A stretch of 41,263 nucleotides of DNA from Deltaproteobacteria bacterium. Lineage in GTDB: Bacteria > Desulfobacterota > Desulfuromonadia > Desulfuromonadales > JAAYDE01. Below, in pieces: positions 37,417 to 41,263 of this stretch. A model generated the notes under the pieces. The model made no database searches. It had not been told where the DNA came from and worked only from the letters and a program-made list of their open reading frames with translations. Positions within the stretch are counted from its first letter, which is position 1; every line of letters begins with the position of its first letter. The DNA lies in NCBI GenBank assembly GCA_016926265.1, contig JAFGOW010000101.1, positions 1 to 41,263 on the forward strand, written 5' to 3'. Both the position numbers and the translations under genes were made by a program.

Positions 37417-37866
37417 TCAGGGGCGATACTCGTCTCCCGCATAGGCCAAATGGAAAAACTGGTCCTGAGATTGAAAATACCAGATTTTTTCCGGAGCGGA
37501 GCGCGCCTGCTCCTCGCGGCGGGGAAGCCCCAGCAGGAAGGTCTGTTCTTCCGAGAGCATTTCTTTCAGGGTCTGCCCGGCGATGGTGTTCAGGAGCTCG
37601 AACAGGGTGTCCTGGAATACCTGGTCGTTGAGCTCTTCCGCCGGAATGGCGTAGACGGTTTCCGCGATGAGGATCAGAAGCGCCTTGGGGAGGCAGAGGC
37701 GGAAATCTCCGTGGAAGGGCTCCAGTACCGCCAGAGAAACCTCCCGGGGATCCGCCAGAAGCTTCTGCTTGTCGTTGGGCTGCTGGCTGAAGACCTCCAT
37801 GAAGGCCATTCCTTCGAAGGTCTCCACCACGGCTTTGCGAATGGCTTTTTCCATGGTATCCGGCAT
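37417..37866 (-). CDS. CheX-like protein
   Basis: ETFEGMAF; DTLFELLNTIAG (E-x2-N); LGLP. Confidence 0.72.
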   Translation of the reverse strand: MPDTMEKAIRKAVVETFEGMAFMEVFSQQPNDKQKLLADPREVSLAVLEPFHGDFRLCLPKALLILIAETVYAIPAEELNDQVFQDTLFELLNTIAGQTLKEMLSEEQTFLLGLPRREEQARSAPEKIWYFQSQDQFFHLAYAGDEYRP

Positions 37867-37868
37867 GG

Positions 37869-38252
37869 TCAGATTTCCTCCGTTGACAGCACGGCCTCAA
37901 TGACAGGCGACAAGGTGGCGGGGGAGATCGGTTTGTTCAGGACCGCGGCAGCCCCCTGGGCGACCAGTTCCTTTTCCTTGGCGGGATTGCCGGCGCTGGT
38001 GATGACGACGACCGGGATATCGGTCAACTTGGGGCTGGCCTTGACCCGTTGCAGCAGACTCTGCCCGTCCATGCGGGGCATGTTGAGATCCGTGAGCAGC
38101 AGATCGAAATTCCCTTTTTTCACCTGCTCCAGGGCGTCGGCTCCATCGACCGCCTCCGAGATGGTGACATCTTCGAGGCCGAGGATGTCGAGGCAGCGGC
38201 GGATGAAGAGTCTGGCGGTCTGAGAGTCGTCGGCGATCAAAATGTGGCGCAT
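37869..38252 (-). CDS. CheY-like single-domain response regulator
   Basis: IADDS, TDLNMPRMDG, VITS, NKP. Confidence 0.88.
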   Translation of the reverse strand: MRHILIADDSQTARLFIRRCLDILGLEDVTISEAVDGADALEQVKKGNFDLLLTDLNMPRMDGQSLLQRVKASPKLTDIPVVVITSAGNPAKEKELVAQGAAAVLNKPISPATLSPVIEAVLSTEEI

Positions 38253-38255
38253 TGG

Positions 38256-39128
38256 TCAATTCTCCTGTGAATTGTCCAGAGAGGTCAGAGCGGGCCGGAA
38301 CTGGGTTTCCGTGTCGGCGATGATTTTGGTCAGCTCCACGGGGGAGATGACATAGTAGTCTTCATAGGCTCCGTCCAGATGGTACTGGAGGGCATCGCTG
38401 CCGGTGGCATGGCCGCTCATCATGGCCAGGATATCCCCCAGGTGAACGGCATAAACCAGCGGTTTGTAGCATTCCAGGGCCTTCGAGGGCTCATGGTGAT
38501 AGCGGATGACCTCCTGAATTGCCTCCGGGAGCTTCCAGTGCTTGGCCAGTTCGAAGCCGAGTTCCGCGTGGTGGTGGCCGGAAAACTGTACTTCGGCGTT
38601 GAGGTAATCGGAAGCCTCTCCGGAATCGATGACCTTTACCGCCTTTTCGGCCGTGCCTTCCAGATGGCTGGAGATCACGAATTTGCCGATGTCGTGCAGT
38701 AGGCCGGCGGTGAAGGCCAGCTCTTTTTCGAGCTCCTCCTTGGCGTATTTGGCCACCTCGCGGGAGGCAAAGGCGGTGAAGAGATCGTGCCGCCAGAGGT
38801 CGCCGGGATAGCTTTCATAGCCCGGCAGGCCCTTCTGGAAAACCTCACCGGCACTCTCAGCAATGACCATACCAACGATCATCCTTTCCCCCAAAAAAGA
38901 GATCGCCCGGTCGATGGAATTGATCGGCTGCAGCAGGTTGAAGGCCGCGGAGTTGACGATCCGCAGCGTCTTGGCGGTGAGCGCCGCGTCGAATTTGACC
39001 AGCTGGATGATGTCGTTCAGGCTGTGGTCCGGTTTCGAATTGATTTCCAGCAGCCGGCTGGCATTGGGCGAAAGGACCGCGATTTTCGCGATTTCCTGAT
39101 GCAGGGGGTGATCTGTTTTTTCTTTCAT
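38256..39128 (-). CDS. HDOD domain protein
   Basis: D..LTAK.LRIVNSA, AISFLG, LWRH, GLLHDIGK, LAKHWKLP, YHHEP. Confidence 0.9.
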   Translation of the reverse strand: MKEKTDHPLHQEIAKIAVLSPNASRLLEINSKPDHSLNDIIQLVKFDAALTAKTLRIVNSAAFNLLQPINSIDRAISFLGERMIVGMVIAESAGEVFQKGLPGYESYPGDLWRHDLFTAFASREVAKYAKEELEKELAFTAGLLHDIGKFVISSHLEGTAEKAVKVIDSGEASDYLNAEVQFSGHHHAELGFELAKHWKLPEAIQEVIRYHHEPSKALECYKPLVYAVHLGDILAMMSGHATGSDALQYHLDGAYEDYYVISPVELTKIIADTETQFRPALTSLDNSQEN

Positions 39129-39137
39129 GGCGCCACC

Positions 39138-39626
39138 TTACAATGTCCAAGTGCCCCGCGCGGGGGAGAAGATGCGGACCTCGCCGGTGCCGACATGGAT
39201 CGAGACGGTGCGGCTGATGGTGCCGCCGACCTCTTCGGCGACGGCGCCGAGCCCCTGGGCCCACAGCAATTTTTTGATTGCGATGAGATTGCGTTTGCCG
39301 ATGTTGAAGATTTCGTTGTTGTCCATGATGGAGGCTCCCCCTATGAGCTTGATCTTCAACCCTTTGCCCTTTTTATCGCAGCCGATCCGGGCCATGGCGC
39401 CGAACAGCAGGGGAAGGCCGGAATCGGCGAAAAAACCGGGCCGTTCCTTGGCGCGGGTGGGGTTGACCTTCATTTCCGGCAGGGCGATATGAATCATTCC
39501 TGCCGCATGAAGGGCCGGGTTGAAGAGAACCACGGCCACGCAGGAGCCGAGGGCAAAGGTCTTGATGGTGGCGTTGGGATCGTTGGAAACTCCGAAATCC
39601 CCGATCCCGAGGACGATATCACTCAT
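39138..39626 (-). CDS. cheD: Chemoreceptor glutamine deamidase
   Basis: LGSCVAV, H.ALP, FAD, KLIGGA, IGKRN, VGG...RTV. Confidence 0.92.
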   Translation of the reverse strand: MSDIVLGIGDFGVSNDPNATIKTFALGSCVAVVLFNPALHAAGMIHIALPEMKVNPTRAKERPGFFADSGLPLLFGAMARIGCDKKGKGLKIKLIGGASIMDNNEIFNIGKRNLIAIKKLLWAQGLGAVAEEVGGTISRTVSIHVGTGEVRIFSPARGTWTL

Positions 39627-40684
39627 TTGCCGAGCTCCGTGAGGAGTTGGAAGGTTACATTGGCAATCTGATCAAGCGGGACCAGGCGTTCGGCCCCCCC
39701 CTTCTCGTAGGCGACTTTGGGCATCCCGAAGACCACGGAACTCTCTTCGTCCTGGGCGATGTTGCGGGCGCCAGCCTTGCGCATCTCCAGCATCCCGTTG
39801 GCACCGTCCCCCCCCATTCCGGTCAGCATGATGCCGACGGCGTTGGGGCCCACCTCCCTGGCCACCGATTCCATCATGACATCGACGGAGGGGCAATGGC
39901 CGTTGACCTTTTCCCCTTCCTGGCAGAGGACCTGGTAGGTGCCGCCGCTCCGTTTCACCCGCAGGTGTTTGCCCCCCGGCGCCACCAGAATCAGCCCCTG
40001 GCGGACCCGGTCGCCCGTTTCGGCTTCCTTGACCTCCATGGCGCAGAGCTGGTTGAGGCGTTCGGCGAACATGCGGGTGAAGCCCGACGGCATGTGCTGG
40101 ACGATGACCACCCCCGGCATGTCGGCGGGGTAGAGGGTGATGACCTTCTTGATCGCTTCGGTGCCGCCGGTGGAGGCGCCGATGGCGATCACCTTGTCGG
40201 TGGAGTTGGCGAGGAACTCCCGCTTGGCGGCCGGGATCTCTTTTTTGATGGTTTCCCGGTCTTTTTTCCAGCGCGAGACGTTGGCCCGCGAGGCGATTTT
40301 GACTTTTTCGCACAGGGCCAGGATCATGGTCGAAAGGCTTTGGGCGACGTTGGAGGTCGGTTTGGTCACGAAATCGACGGCGCCGGCATCCAGGGCGTCG
40401 AGGGTGATCTGCTTTCCCTTCTGGGTCAGGGAGCTGACCATGACCACCGGCAGCGGATACTGGGGCATCAGCCGGCGCAGGAACTCGATGCCGTCCATCT
40501 TCGGCATTTCCACGTCGAGGGTCAGCACGTCCGGTTTCAGTTGCAGGATCTTGTCCCTGGCGATATAGGGATCGGCCGCGGAGCCGACCACCTCGATGGC
40601 CGGATCCATGTTCAGTCCCTGGGTCAGGATCTGCCGGACCAGCGCCGAATCGTCGATGACCAGGACGCGGATTTTATTCGTCAT
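39623..40684 (-). CDS. cheB: Chemotaxis response regulator methylesterase
   Basis: REC (DDS, LDVEMP) plus catalytic ASTGG, QHMP, TGMGGDG, VFGMP. Confidence 0.96.
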   Translation of the reverse strand: MTNKIRVLVIDDSALVRQILTQGLNMDPAIEVVGSAADPYIARDKILQLKPDVLTLDVEMPKMDGIEFLRRLMPQYPLPVVMVSSLTQKGKQITLDALDAGAVDFVTKPTSNVAQSLSTMILALCEKVKIASRANVSRWKKDRETIKKEIPAAKREFLANSTDKVIAIGASTGGTEAIKKVITLYPADMPGVVIVQHMPSGFTRMFAERLNQLCAMEVKEAETGDRVRQGLILVAPGGKHLRVKRSGGTYQVLCQEGEKVNGHCPSVDVMMESVAREVGPNAVGIMLTGMGGDGANGMLEMRKAGARNIAQDEESSVVFGMPKVAYEKGGAERLVPLDQIANVTFQLLTELGK

Positions 40685-41263
40685 GCGGCCTCGCTTTTTT
40701 GGTAGATGGCGGGCTTGATGTACTGGTAGAGACCCCCTTTGCGGCCCAGGGTCTCCGAGTGACCGATGAAGAGGAAACCCTCGGGTTCCGTCAAACCGTG
40801 AAATTTTTCCACCACCCGTTTCTTGTCCTGTTCGTCGAAATAGATCATCACGTTGCGGCAGAAAATGATATGGAAAGGTTTTTTGAAGGGGTAGACCGCG
40901 TTCATCAAATTGAAACGGCGGAAGGTGATCTCGGCGCGCAACCGGTCGTTCATCCGCCAGGAGCCGTCGGCAAGCCGGGTGACATATCTTTTGCGGAGAT
41001 GGTCCGGCAGCGAGGCGATTCTCTCCTCAGAGTAAATACCATTTCGGGCCACGGTCAAGACCCGGTCTGAAATATCGGTGGCCAGAAGGCCGGCATTCCA
41101 ACTGGAGTAGTCTTTGCCCAGGCACTCCATCATCAGCATCATCAACATGTAGGCTTCTTCGCCGCTGGAGCAGCCGGCGCACCAGACGCGGAGATCCTTT
41201 TCCCCCCGCGAGCGGAGCCGCTCGACCGTCTCCGGCAGGGCGCGGTCGAGGAAAAAATCGAAA
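40681..41263 (-). CDS. cheR: Chemotaxis methyltransferase (5' end beyond window)
   Basis: Frame open to the window edge: RVWCAGCSSGEEAY, ATDIS, FCRNVMIYF, GHSE. Confidence 0.93.
   Translation of the reverse strand, partial: FDFFLDRALPETVERLRSRGEKDLRVWCAGCSSGEEAYMLMMLMMECLGKDYSSWNAGLLATDISDRVLTVARNGIYSEERIASLPDHLRKRYVTRLADGSWRMNDRLRAEITFRRFNLMNAVYPFKKPFHIIFCRNVMIYFDEQDKKRVVEKFHGLTEPEGFLFIGHSETLGRKGGLYQYIKPAIYQKSEAA

Noticed and set aside
36992-37900. 302-aa ORF as an N-terminally extended response regulator
   Set aside because: The upstream part overlaps the CheX-like gene in another frame; the real CheY starts at ATG 37360 after an RBS.

Overview
GC-rich window that looks like Desulfuromonadales (Desulfuromonas/Geobacter-like), judged from gene content and synteny. 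Left to right: aguB-aguA (agmatine to putrescine, minus strand); a HAMP sensor kinase and sigma54 activator directly upstream of a sigma54 promoter and a beta/gammaproteobacterial-style minor pilin operon (fimT-pilV-pilW-pilX-pilY2-like-pilY1-pilE); DUF1015, ribF, aroE; the core type IVa pilus locus pilB-pilT-pilC-pilS-pilR; a split major pilin (60-aa mature, 15% aromatic PilA-N plus a separately secreted PilA-C) with its own sigma54 promoter; an Xap/PilGHI-like ABC module; cbiX-cbiET; a membrane-anchored Pro-rich zinc-ribbon protein; a divergent EF-G paralog; a pseudo-receiver sigma54 activator; and the 3' part of a chemosensory operon (cheR-cheB-cheD-HDOD-RR-cheX-like-cheY-cheX-CheC/REC fusion). 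Non-coding DNA carries several families of REP/BIME-like repeats within the pil locus, a perfect 62-bp palindrome and a 12-bp direct repeat bracketing the pilin cassette. The best candidate for an undescribed system is the hybrid pilus: a very aromatic Geobacter-type split pilin combined with a Pseudomonas-like tip complex under separate sigma54 control. No rRNA, tRNA, CRISPR array or transposase was seen. All calls come from motif recognition by eye, not database searches.
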